A stretch of DNA of 64,000 bases from Octopus vulgaris (Eukaryota): assembly GCA_951406725.2 (NCBI GenBank), contig OX597826.1, positions 69,626,001 to 69,690,000 of the forward strand. Direction: 5' to 3'. A program made the position numbers and the translations under genes. The notes beneath the pieces were generated by a model, which searched no databases, was not told where the DNA came from, and was given only the letters and a program-made list of their open reading frames with translations. Shown here piece after piece: positions 24,935 through 38,318 of this stretch; position 1 is the stretch's first letter; each line of letters begins with the position of its first letter.

Positions 24935-27900
24935 AATTTCTAACTTCCTGGGAATTTCGTCGAAAACTTCATGGAAAGTTCCGAGGATTTTCTAACTTCC
25001 TGGATATCTCGTCGAAAACTTCATGGGAAATTCCGAGGATTTTCTAACTCCCTGAAAATTTCGTCCAAACCCTCATGGAAAGTTCCGAGGATTTCCTAAC
25101 TTCCTGGATATTTCTTAGAAATCCACATGGGAAGTTCAGAGGATTTCCTAACTTCCTGGATATTTCATAGAATTCCTCATGGGAAGTTCCGCGGATTTTC
25201 TAACTTCCTGGAAATTTGGTCGAAAACTTCATGGAAAGTTCCGAGAATTTCTAACTCCCTGGAAATTTCGTCCAAATCCTCATGGAAAGTTCCGAGGATT
25301 TCCTAACTTCCTGGATATTTCGTAGAAATCCTCATGGGAAGTTCCGAGAACTTTCTAACTTCCTGGGAATTTCGTCGAAAACTTCATGGAAAGTTCCGAG
25401 GATTTTCTAACTTCCTGGATATTTCGTCGAAAACTTCATGGGAAATTCCGAGGATTTTCTAACTTCCTGGAAATTTCGTCGAAAACTTCGTGGGAAGTTC
25501 CGAGGGTTTTCTAACTTCCTGGAAATTTGGTCGAAAACTTCATGGGAAGTTCCGAGGACTTTCTAATTTCCTGGGAATTTCGTCGAAAACTTCATGGAAA
25601 GTTCCGAGGATTTTCTAACTTCCTGGATATCTCGTCGAAAACTTCATGGGAAATTCCGAGGATTTTCTAACTCCCTGAAAATTTCGTCCAAATCCTCATG
25701 GAAAGTTCCGAGGATTTCCTAACTTCCTGGATATTTCGTAGAATTCATCATGGGAAGTTCCGAGGATTTTCTAACTTCCAGGATATTTCGTCGAAAACTT
25801 CATGGGATTTTCCGAGGATTTTCTAACTTCCTGGAAATTTCGTCGAAAACTTCATGGGAAGTTCCGAGGGTTTTCTAACTTCCTGGAAATTTGATCGAAA
25901 ACTTCATGGGAAGTTCCGAGGACTTTCTAATTTCCTGGAATTTCGTCGAAAACTTCATGGAAAGTTCCGAGGATTTTCTAACTTCCTGGATATCTCGTCG
26001 AAAACTTCATGGGAAATTCCGAGGATTTTCTAACTCCCTGGAAATTTCGTCCAAATCCTCATGGAAAGTTCCGAGGATTTCCTAACTTCCTGGATATTTC
26101 GTAGAATTCCTCATGGGAAGTTCCGAGGATTTTCTAACTTCCTGGATATTTCGTCGAAAACTTCATGGGAAGTTCCGAGGGTTTTCTAACTTCCTGGAAA
26201 TTTGGTCGAAAACTTCATGGGAAGTTCCGAGGACTTTCTAATTCCCTGGGAATTTCGTCGAAAACTTCATGGAAAGTTCCGAGGATTTTCTAACTTCCTG
26301 GATATCTCGTCGAAAACTTCGTGGGAAATTCCGAGGATTCTCTAACTTCCTGGAAAGTTCGTCGAAAACTTCATGGGAAGTTCCGAGGGTTTTCTAACTT
26401 CCTGGAAGTTTGGTCGAAAACTTCATGGGAAGTTCCGAGGAATTTCTAACTTCCTGGGAATTTCGTCGAAAACTTCATGGAAAGTTCCGAGGATTTTCTA
26501 ACTTCCTGGATATCTCGTCGAAAACTTCATGGGAAGTTCCGAGGTTTTTCTAACTTCCTGGAATTTTGGTCGAAAACTTCATGGGAAGTTCCGATGGTTT
26601 TCTAACTTCCTGGAAATTTGGTCGAAAACTTCATGGGAAATTCCGAGGTTTTCTAACTTCCTGGAAATTTCGTCCAAATCCTCATGGAAAGTTCCAAGGA
26701 TTTCCTAACATCCTGGATATTTCGTCGAAATCGTCTTCGGAAGTTCCGAGGGACTTTTCTAACTTCCTGGCAATTTGGTCGAAAACTTCATGGGAAGTAC
26801 CGAGGACTTTCTAATTTCCTGGGAATTTCGTCGAAAACTTCATGGGAAGTTCCGATGGTTTTCTAACTTCCTGTAAATTTGGTCGAAAACTTCATGGGAA
26901 GTTCCGAGGATTTTCTAACTTCCTGGATATCTCGTCGAAAACTTCATGGGAAATTCCGAGGATTTTCTAACTTCCTGGAAATTTCGTCGAAAACTTCATG
27001 GGAAGTTCCGAGGGTTTTCTAACTTCCTGAAATTTGGTCGAAAACTTCATGGGAAATTCCGAGGATTTTCTAACTCCCTGGAAATTTCGTACAAATCCTC
27101 ATGGAAAGTTCCGAGGATTTCCTAACTTCCTGGATATTTCGTAGAAGTCCTCATGGGAAGTTCCGAGGACTTCTAACTTCCTGGGCATTTCGTCGAAAAC
27201 TTCATGGGAAGTTCCGAGGATTTTCTAACTTCCTGGCAATTTGGTCGAAAACTTCGTGGGAAGTACCGAGGACTTTCTAATTTCCTGGGAATTTCGTCGA
27301 AAACTTCATGGAAAGTTCCGATGATTTCCTAACTTCCTGGATATTTCGTAGAAATCCTCATGGGAAGTTCCGTGGATTTTCTAACTTCCTGGATATTTCG
27401 TCGAAAACTTCATGGGATTTTCCGAGGACTTTCTAACTTCCTGGAAATTTCGTCGAAAACTTCATGGGAAGTTCCGAGGGTTTTCTAACTTCCTGGAAAT
27501 TTGGTCGAAAACTTCATGGGAAGTTCCGAGGACTTTCTAATTTCGTGGGAATTTCGTCGAAAACTTCATGGAAAGTTCCGAGGATTTTCTAACTTCCTGG
27601 ATATTTCGTCGAAAACTTCATGGGAAATTCCGAGGATTTTCTAACTTCCTGGAAATTTCGTCGAAAACTTCATGGGAAGTTCCGAGGGTTTTCTTACTTC
27701 CTGGAAATTTGGTCGAAAACTTCATGGGAAATTCCGAGGTTTTTCTAACTCCTGGAAATTTCGTCCAAATCCTCATGGAAAGTTCCAAGGATTTCCTAAC
27801 TTCCTGGATATTTCGTAGAAATCGTCATGGGAAGTTCCGGGGACTTTCTAACTTCCTGGCAATTTGGTCGAAAACTTCGTGGGAAGTACCGAGGACTTTC

Positions 27901-30065
27901 TAATTTCCTGGGAATTTCGTCGAAAACTTCATGGAACGTTCCGAGGATTTCCTAACTTCCTGGATATTTCGTAGAATTCCTCATGGGAAGTTCCGAGGAT
28001 TTTCTAACTTCCTGGATATTTCGTCGAAAACTTCATGGAAAGTTCCGAGGATTTTCTAACTTCCTGGAAATTTCGTCGAAAACTTCATGGGAAGTTCCGA
28101 TGGTTTTCTAACTTCCTGGAAATTTGGTCGAAAACTTCATGGGAAGTTCCGGGACTTTTCTAATTCCTGGGAATTTCGTCGAAAACTTCATGGAAAGTTC
28201 CGAGGATTTTCTAACTTCCTGGATATCTCGTCGAAAACTTCATGGGAAATTCCGAGGATTTTCTCACTCCCTGGAAATTTCGTCGAAAACTTCATGGGAA
28301 GTTCCGAGGGTTTTCTTACTTCCTTGAAATTTGGTCGAAAACTTCAGGGGAAATTCCGAGGATTTTCTAACTCCCTGGAAATTTCGTCCAAATCCTCATG
28401 GAAAGTTCCGAGGATTTCCTAACTTCCTGGATATTTCGTAGAAGTCCTCATGGGAAGTTCCGGGGACTTCCTAACTTCCTGGGCATTTCGTAGAATTCCT
28501 CATGGGAAGTTCCGAGGATTTTCTAACTTCCTGGCAATTTGGTCGAAAACTTCGTGGGAAGTACCGAGGACTTTCTAATTTCCTCGGAATTTCGTCGAAA
28601 ACTTCATGGAACGTTCCGAGGATTTTCTAACTTCCTGCATATTTCGTAGAATTCCTCATGGAAAGTTCCGAGGATTTTCTAACTTCCTGGCAATTTGGTC
28701 GAAAACTTCGTGGGAAGTACCGAGGACTTTCTTATTTCCTGGGAATTTCGTCGAAAACTTCATGGAAAGTTCCGAGGATTTCTAACTTCCTGGATATTTC
28801 GTAGAATTCCTCATGGGAAGTTCCGTGGATTTTCTAACTTCCTGGATATTTCGTCGAAAACTTCATGGGATTTTCCGAGGACTTTCTAACTTCCTGGAAA
28901 TTTCGTCGAAAACTTCATGGGAAGTTCCGAGGGTTTTCTAACTTCCTGGAAATTTGGTCGAAAACTTCATGGGAAGTTCCGAGGACTTTCTAATTCCTGG
29001 GAATTTCGTCGAAAACTTCATGGAAAGTTCCGAGGATTTTCTAACTTCCTGGATATCTCGTCGAAAACTTCATGGGAAATTCCGAGGATTTTCTAACTCC
29101 CTGGAAATTTCGTCGAACACTTCATGGGAAGTTCCGAGGGTTTTCTAACTTCCTGGAAATTTGGTCGAAAACTTCATGGGAAATTCCGAGGATTTTCTAA
29201 CTCCCTGGAAATTTCGTCCAAATCCTCATGGAAAGTTCCGAGGATTTCCTAACTTCCTGGATATTTCGTAGAAATCCTCATGGGAAGTTCCGGGGACTTT
29301 CTAACTTCCTGGGAATTTCGTAGAATTCCCCATGGGAAGTTCCGAAGGACTTTCCAACTTTCCTGGGAATTTCGTCGAAAACTTCATGGAAAGTTCCGAG
29401 GATTTTCTAACTTCCTGGATATCTCGTCGAAAACTTCATGGGAAATTCCTAGGATTTTCTAACTTCCTGGAAATTTCGTCCAAATTCTCGTGGAAAGTTC
29501 CGATGATTTCCTAACTTCCTGGATATTTCGTAGAAATCCTTATGGGAAGTTCCGATGATTTCCTAACTTCCTGGATATTTCATAGAATTCCTCATGGGAA
29601 GTTCCGAGGATTTTCTAACTTCCTGGAAATTTGGTTGAAAACTTCATGAAAAGTTCCGATAATTTTGTAACTTCCTGGAAATTTCGTCGAAAACTTCATG
29701 GGGAATTCCGAGGATTTTCTAACTTCCAGGATATTTCGTCGAAAACTTCATGGGAAATTCCGAGGATTTTCTAACTCCCTGGAAATTTCGTAGAATTCCT
29801 CATGGAAAGTTCCGAGGATTTCCTAACTTCCTGGATATTTCGTAGAAATCCTCATGGGAAGTTCCGAGAACTTTCTAACTTCCTGGGAATTTCGTCGAAA
29901 ACTTCATTGAAAGTTCCGAGGATTTTCTAACTTCCTGGAAATTTCGTCGAAAACTTCATGGGAAGTTCCGGGGATTTTCTAACTTTCTGAAAATTTGGTC
30001 GAAAACTTCATGGGAAGTTCCGAGGACTTTCTAATTTCCTGGGAATTTCGTCGAAAACTTCATGG
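24935..30065. repeat. Satellite, 52-bp unit, ~99 copies
   Basis: Consensus aacttcctggaaatttcgtcgaaaacttcatgggaagttccgaggattttct; two related subunits (23+29 bp); recurrent variant monomers. Confidence 0.97.
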
Positions 30066-30490
30066 CAGTTATGAAAGGCTATCAAGACTAAGCACCCAGA
30101 AAAACTGATAAATGGGGTCTTGTTTCATTAGGACAATGCTTCAGCACACAAATTCTTGGTTTCAATGGTTGCTGTGTGTGACTGGCTTTGAACTGGTTGA
30201 TCATCCTCCCTATGTTAGTGATTTGGTTCCTTCTGTTTATCATCTGTTTCCCAACATAGAAAAACACTCAGCTGAAGCACCAGTATCACTATGATGAGAA
30301 CATCTTATCTGTTGTTGATGACCATTTTGATCAACAGAGAAGTTTCTTCACCAGTGCGACCCAAGCACTGCAACTACTAATGGAAGCGTGTGGACAGTAA
30401 GAGGAACTATGTTAGGAAATGAACTTCATTTGGTCACATTCCATTGAGAGTGTCTTGCTCAGATTAGGAACATTTCAGTCGACCCTCACA
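30066..30490 (+). mobile_element. Mariner transposase 3' fragment with terminal repeat
   Basis: H*DNASAH...GFELVDHPPYVSDLVPSVYHLFPN (YSPDLAPSDYHLF-like); ends ggaacatttcagtcgaccctca. Confidence 0.8.
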
Positions 30491-30523
30491 ATAATAAAAA
30501 TTATTATACCTGCATTTTTATTA

Positions 30524-30595
<72 letters not shown>

Positions 30596-30599
<4 letters not shown>

Positions 30600-31597
30600 T
30601 AGTTTTATTTTTATTTTTATAGCGTGCTTTCACTTCACTACCGAGCGCAGCTCTGTGTGCCTTGGGTATGTGCTGTGATTTGTTGTGACGCTCTGATGGT
30701 TATTGTATGGAAAGTGTTCTGCGTAGGATGTGTGCAGTGCCTAGTAGTGCAATTTTCTGTATGTTATATGTGTTTGTAAGTCCTGGTGTTTTTGTTATGT
30801 ATTTGTCTGAATATTTTTTTGTCATGCCTAATGCACCTACTATGATAGGAATTGTTTCTGTTTTCAGATTCCACATTCTAGTTACCTCTATTTCCAGGTC
30901 TTTGTATTTTGAGAGTTTCTCCATTTCTTTTAGAGACACGTTGTCATCAGCCGGTATTGATACATCAATTAGAAAGCATTTTTTTCATCATGGTCTCTGA
31001 CAACTATATCTGGTCTGTTGGCCTTAATTTCTCTATCTGTGTGTATCGGCATATCCCAGAGTATGGTTGCTTTCTCGTTTTCTGTGACCTTTTCTGGTGT
31101 GTGCCTATACCATCTTTTTCTGTTGTTATTCCATAGTGTTGGCATAGCTTCCAATGTATGTAGGTTCCAACTCTGTCATGTCTGTGAATATATTCCTTCT
31201 TAGCCAGGGCTGGGCAGCTAGAGATAATATGATTTATTGTTTCTTGTCCATCTCCACATATTCTGCAGTTACTTGTAATATTTCTTTTCATTACATGTTT
31301 TTGGTAATTTCTGGTGGGGAGGCTTTGGTCTTGTGCTGCAATTAAAAATCCCTCTGTTTCTGCTTTGAGTCCTGAGCTTCTCAACCATTGCTGGGATTTT
31401 TCTTTGTCTATTTCTTTTGCGTTTAGTTTAGTCCAGTATTTCCCATGAAGGGGCTTTTCTTGCCATCGTTTTATCATGGTTCGTTGCTGTTCTATTTTTA
31501 GTTTGGATTTCATTTGTTTTATAGCTTTTGTTGTTTCTTCATCTTCTTCTTCTTCATGTTTATTAGGTGGTATGATTTCTTGTTTGTATTTGTCAGC
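30596..31597 (-). mobile_element. R4/Dong-like LINE 3' fragment, subfamily 2, copy b
   Basis: Nearly identical to 23942-24934 and truncated at the same point (tttgtatttgtcag); (TAA)n on both sides. Confidence 0.9.
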
Positions 31598-32404
31598 TAT
31601 TATTATTATTATTATTATTATTACTATTATCAATTTGTGTGCTATACTGAGTAGAGTTCTGTCACGTTTATATACATATATACATGCAAACGTACGCAAA
31701 CACGCATGCACGCACACACATACATACATACATGCATGCATACATACATACATACATACATACATACATACATACATACATACATACATACATACATACA
31801 TACATGCATACATACATATACACATACACTGCTGAATATCACAGTGAAAAACCACAGTAGAATGTAAACATATTAAACATGTCATAGTGATGTGGGCTAG
31901 TGTAGAGAAACTGTGTAAAGTTATGGAAACCAGCTACGAGCGGATGCTAACATAAATCTGAAGATCAGCGTAAAAGAAAATGCAAACGCTGTACTGTTGA
32001 GAAATCTAGTTATTATACCTGTAATTATTGTGGTAATGAGATATGTAACAGACTGCCTAATTATCAATCTTGAAAAAATAAGCTTCTCAAAACCGGAAAT
32101 GTGAGAGCTGATTCGAAATCTACAGATCCAATCCATGACTGGAACTGTAAGAATCTGTAACACTTTCCAGAAGTTTATCATTTAAATATATACGAGCATG
32201 TCTAGATATGCAACTATATGCATGAGAATACAAACATAAAACATACAAATTTGCACGTGCACTGACTCCAAATACTGCTCATATACATGCAAAAATACCC
32301 TGGTGATGATGTTGAAATTCCAATGAAGAAGTCTTGGATCGAGGTTAGAAACCGGCTCCTTCGCTTATTGGCGAGACATCTTGAAATAAACCTGAACAAG
32401 TTCA

Positions 32405-32815
32405 TCCATCCATACATTCATACGTTCATACATACATACATGCATACATACACCCATACATACATACATACATACATACATACATACATACATACATACA
32501 TACATACATACATACATGCATATATGCATATATATTCATGCATACATGCGTACATACATACACGCATATATACATGCAACATACATACACACATGCATAC
32601 ATACATACGTGCATACATACACACATGCATACATACATGCATACACGCATGCACAGATACATACATACATACACGCATGCACAGATACATACATACATAC
32701 ATGCATACATACATACATACATACATACATACATACATACATACATACATACATACATACATACATACATACATACATACATACATACATACATACATAC
32801 ATACACATATCCATG
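32405..32815. repeat. (TACA)n microsatellite
   Basis: Direct inspection. Confidence 0.95.
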
Positions 32816-34113
32816 CTTGCATGCATGGATATGTGTATCCTATACATTTATCCATATTCACGACCATATATAAATATCTCTGCGTGTGTCTGCGAGAATT
32901 TACCACCTCTTACTTCGCTGCCTGTTTTGCGTAATGGATTGAATAATACCTTAATGCATGCTGCAACCTATCACACCCAGAAACGAAAATATCATGTTTC
33001 ATTTCTCTGTTTTTATTGAAACCCAGTCATAATATCAAATATAGTTAAGAATTTCTTATTTCTAATCAGGAAACATATCTCAGCCTGCCACATATATAGA
33101 TATGCTCCCATCTATTCAATAAAGGAAGATGACTGATGTAACCAGTTTCTATCATGCCAGTAATATTATATAATTAATATTATTACATAGTGATATTATA
33201 TACAGAACAGCGTTAATATAATATTAACAATTAACCCCGAAGAGCTCACCAGAGGAATATCCATGAACCTGAGTGTACTTGAAAGGCGAATGAACTCTGC
33301 TTTCTCGTTGGTTAATGTTTATATAATACAATAGTCTTCAGATGTATAGTTACGTCTTAAGACAATAGATATGCATAAACTGTCTTAGAACAGGTGAAAG
33401 TGCTTGACTTAATCAGTTGATTGGTTTAGCTCTGCTACCTGGCCGTGGAGTGACTTTAGACGAGTATATTTTACTCTCTGGTTTAAAGATAAGATTCGTC
33501 CTTTATTCCAGCCAACCATGAGAACTCTTCAAAAGGTCACAGGTGATGCTTTCTCCTCTGAAACAAACCGTACTATGACAAGAGGAACCTTTTTCACGGT
33601 TACTCAAGTAGCCAAATTTCTCTCAATTTATTCCCTGTCATCAAAGGCAGAAATTATACCTGTCGAATGTTATCGTTAAGATAGAGACTGGTGCATCAAG
33701 TGGAATTATAAGAGCGAAGATTCATCTTAAACGCTAAGTATCATTTCTGAATCCATTAGCTTATTTAACATAATAATGTCAATTATTATGTCATTAGATG
33801 ACATTTGTGTCATCTGATGAACGAGTGGCCGGACCTCTGAATATGAAGTTTTGTGCAAGAACAGGAACCCGTTGGAATTACTTGTCCTGACTGTAGTGAA
33901 ACAGGACAAATGGGAAAATATGTGGTCTGCATTATGGCTAAATTATTAGGATGTTTATGTCATCCGTTCTTCCTTTTGAAAACACAGACTGGGAGAAAGT
34001 AGATGACATCTGAAGCCACCAGAAGCACGCAACATGCCTTTCTTGCTGAGGTTGATTGTCAGAGACTTCGTTAAAACGAAGATTCACTTGATGCTCAGAA
34101 GTGTTGTACTAAC

Positions 34114-34278
34114 TTTAGTCGAGCACATCGACCCCGGGACTTATTCTTTGTAAGCCTTGTACTTTTTCTATCGGTCTCTTTTGCCGAACCGCTAAGTTAC
34201 GGGGACGTAAACACACCAGCATCGGCTGTCAAGTGATGTTCGAGGGACAAACACTGACACACAAACACACACACATAA

Positions 34279-34337
<59 letters not shown>

Positions 34338-34470
34338 GATATATGACGGGGGCTTCTTTCAGTTTCCGTCTACCAAATCCACTCACAAGGTACAGAAGGT
34401 GCCACGCAGTGGGACTGAACCCGGAACCATGTAGTTCGTAATCAAGCTACTTACCACACAGCTACTCCTC
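34114..34470 (-). mobile_element. SINE family A, internally deleted
   Basis: ttattctttgtaagcc...gccgaaccgctaagttacggggacg...gccacgcagtgggactgaacccggaaccatg. Confidence 0.82.
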
Positions 34471-34700
34471 AATATTTAAGTGTCTGTCTCTAGTTTTTAT
34501 CCTTTACTTGTTTCAGTCTTCGGACTGCGGTCATGCTGGGGCATTTCTTTGAAAGGTTTAGCCGAACAAATCGTCACCAGAGCTTATTTTCTGCATATAT
34601 GTACATGTATGATATATGTGCGTGCGTGTGATGTGTGTAATTATACGTGAATGCATAGATATAAACATACATTCCTAGAGCACATGCATAAGCACATTTA

Positions 34701-35428
34701 AGGCGGCGAGCTGGCAGAAACGCTAGCACGCCGGGCGAAATGCGTAGCCGTATTTCGTCCGCCGTTACGTCCTGAGTTCAAATTCCGCCGAGGTCGACTT
34801 TGCTTGTCATCTTATCGGGGTCGATTAAATATGTACCAGTTACGCACTGGGGTCGATATAATCGACTTAATCCCTTTGTCTGTCCTTGTTTGTCCTCTCT
34901 GTGTTTTGCCCCTTGTGGGTAGTAAAGAAATAGGTATTTCGTCTGCTGCTACGTTCTGAGTTCAAATTCCACTGAGGTCGACTTTGCCTTTCATCCTTTC
35001 CGGGTTGATAAATTAAGTACCAGTTACGCACTGGGGTCGATATAATCGACTGAATCCGTTTGTCTGTCCTTGTTTGTCCTCTCTGTGTTTAGCCCCTTGT
35101 CGGTAGTAAAGAAATAGGTATTTCGTCTGCGGGGTTGATAAATTAAGTACCAGTTACGCACTGGGGTCGATGTAATCGACTTAATCTCTTTGTCTGTCCC
35201 TGTTTGTCCCCTCTGTGTTTAGCCCCTTGTGGGTAGTAAAGAAATGGGTATTTCGTCTGCCGCTACGTTCTCAGTTCAAATTCCACTGAGGTCGACTTTG
35301 CCTTTCATCCTTACGGGGTCGATAAATTAAGTACCAGTTACGTACTGGAGTCGATGTAATCGACTTAATCCCTTTGTCTGTCCTTGCTTGTCCCCTCTAT
35401 GTTCAGCCCCTTGTGGGCAATAAAAAAA
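34701..35428 (+). mobile_element. SINE family B, one head plus 4 tandem body-tail units
   Basis: Head ggcggcgagctggcagaaacgctagc; junctions aagaaat(a/g)g|gtatttcgtctg at ~34933, 35118 and 35238. Confidence 0.88.
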
Positions 35429-35429
35429 T

Positions 35430-35567
35430 AACATACATAAGCACATGCACATACGCATAGACACGCATACACATATATACACACACACACACACGCGTGC
35501 TTGCAGTGTTGCAGTGAGTGAGTGTCTGCTTCTGAGCAAGTGTGATTATGTGTGTTTGTGTGTTTAC

Positions 35568-35622
<55 letters not shown>

Positions 35623-36730
35623 GTGTGCCTGGGTGTTTGTATGCGCTGCGCTATGTGTACGTATATCAGCACACATGTCTGTATGTGTGTGTATGTGTAT
35701 GAAAGTGTGCGTGTGTGTTTATGAGATCGGACGCGTGTATATGGGCGTGTATGTGTGAACGTGTATGTATGTGATAAGCATGTGACTGACTCTCTGTGTG
35801 GGACAGGGGTAGGGGTGAGATAGTGCAGTATGTGTATATTCATGGAGTCTGTATGTGCATGCGCATGTGTGCATATGTATATATGTATTTGTATGCTGAT
35901 ATGTGTGTGCGCGTGTGTGGTGTCGTATGTGAGTATGTGTGCATATGTACGTGTGTGTGTATATATATGCTTGTAAGTATGCGCGTGAAGTGTGAGTGAG
36001 TGTGTGTAGGAATGTGTATATATATATGTGTCTGAGCAATTGTGTGTGTGTGCGTATGTGCATGTGTGTGCGCGCGCAATGTGTGCACGCGTGTGTGTGT
36101 GTATGTCAATGTGTATGTGTGCATATGCACGTGTGAGTGTATATGCTTGTAAGTATGCGTGTAAGGTGTGAATGAGTGCGTGTAGTAATATGTGTATAGA
36201 TGTGTCTGAGCAGACGTGTGTGTGTGTGCGTGCGTACGTGTGCGAGCGCAAATTTGTGCACGCGTGTGTATGTGTGTGTCTCAGTGAGTATCTGTATATG
36301 AATGTGTGTATGTATGTATGTATATATGTATGTGATTAGGTGTGTGTGTGTGTGTGTGTGTGTTCGTGTGTGCGTGTGTTTGCAAGTATGTGTGTGAGTG
36401 TATGTGTTCGTGTGTGCGTGTGTGCGCGCAAATGTGTGCACGCTTGTGTGTGTGTGTGTCTCAGTGAGTATCTGTGTATGTATGTATGTATGTATGTATG
36501 TATGTATGTATGTATGTATGTATGTATGTATGTATGTATGTATGTATGTATGTATGTATGTATGTATGTATGTATGTATGTATGTATGTATGTATGTATG
36601 TATGTATGTATGTATGTATGTATGTATGTATGTATGTATGTATGTATGTATGTGAGCAGGTGTGTGCGTGTGTTTGCAAGTGTGTGCGTGTGTTTGCATG
36701 TGTGTGTGTGCGTGTGTGTGTGTGTGTAGT
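35430..36730. repeat. (GT)n/(TATG)n low-complexity field
   Basis: Direct inspection. Confidence 0.9.
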
Positions 36731-37133
36731 GGTGGTGGTGGTGATGTTAATAGGGCTATTATCTAGATACGCTGTCATCATATATCGCTATTTCAGCTTT
36801 TACATAAATGTTGACATCTATGAGAAATCTAGTTGACATATTTATCACGTCTTCTGATAAATGAGATCTATATTGCAGCACCGCCGCCATCGCCATCATC
36901 ATCAGCACCACCACCACCACCACCGCCACTACCACTACCACCAACACCATGACCATTAAAACGAACCTACACAACCAACAAACACTACCACCACAACCAT
37001 TACTAACATCCCCACAACAACAACCAACAAAGAGAATATTACCACCTCTACTACCACCTACACAACTACATACAGCAACGATACCAATACCACTATATCG
37101 ATCACCACTACAGTCAACAAGAGCAACATATAC

Positions 37134-37305
37134 GGGCGCAGGAGTGGATGTGTGGTAAGTAGCTTGCTTAGTGACCTCATGGTCCTGGGTTCAGTCCCAC
37201 TGTGTGGCACCTTGGGCAAGTGTCTTCTACTATAGCCTCGAGCCCACCAAAACCTTGTAAGTGGATTTGGTAGACGGAAACTGAAAGAAGCCCGTCGTAT
37301 ATATG

Positions 37306-37388
<83 letters not shown>

Positions 37389-37548
37389 CCGTGTGTCTGT
37401 GTTTGTCGCCCCGCCCAACATCACTTGACAACCGGTTCGGCAAAAAGAGACCGATAGAATAAGTACTAGGCTTCCAAAGAAGCCTGGGGTCGATTTGCTC
37501 AACTAAAGGTGACGCTCCAGCATGGCCACTGTCAAATGACTGAAACAA
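37134..37548 (+). mobile_element. SINE family A
   Basis: ggcgcaggagtggatgtgtggtaagtagc...accttgggcaagtgtctt...(GT)n...gctccagcatggcc. Confidence 0.85.
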
Positions 37549-37559
37549 GACCAACATAT

Positions 37560-38318
37560 ATCGCAACTACAACCACCATTAGGACTAACAAAGACATATT
37601 GGTACAACTATAACAACTACCACCGCAACTACCACCGACACCAGGAAACACAACATCACTACAGCCATGACAACCACTACCATCTCAACCACTATTGGCA
37701 CCATCATTGTTACCAACATCACCATCAAAAACACAACGAACACCATCACCACCACCAACAATAACAACAAACATTAAACGCAATAACCATCACCACCATC
37801 GCCCCATCACCATCCCCACCACCATCACGACCACCATTACCACCACAAAAACTACAACAACAACCACAAACACCACTACAACAACTACCACCACCGTTTC
37901 CACAGCCACTACCAACAACAACTACCACAACCAGCACCACTATACCACCACCACCACCACCATTACGGCCACCACTACCGTCATAACCACCATAACTACA
38001 TCCACAACCACAACTACCACCGTCACAACGACTACCGCAACAACAACTACCATAACCACCACTACAACAACCACTATCACCATCACCACCACCACCGTCA
38101 CAACCACCATAACCACATCCACAACCACCATCACCACTACGGCTACCACCACCGTCACGACCACCATAACTACATCGGCAACCACCACCACCACCACCAC
38201 CTCAACAGCACCACCACAACCACTACCACAACAACTACCTCCACCACCACCACTGCGGCCATCACCACCGTTACATCTCATCGTAACCACATCCACAACC
38301 ACAACCATCACCACCAGG
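37560..38318. repeat. (ACC/AAC)n degenerate tract
   Basis: Direct inspection; the poly-T/V ORFs are artefacts. Confidence 0.88.

Noticed and set aside
24935-30065. Satellite ORFs (MGSSEDFLTSW..., RRKLHGKFRGF...) as a repeat protein
   Set aside because: The 52-bp unit is not a multiple of 3 and stops recur; the frames are incidental.
34701-34790. SINE heads as functional tRNA genes
   Set aside because: They lack a closed cloverleaf and run directly into SINE bodies.
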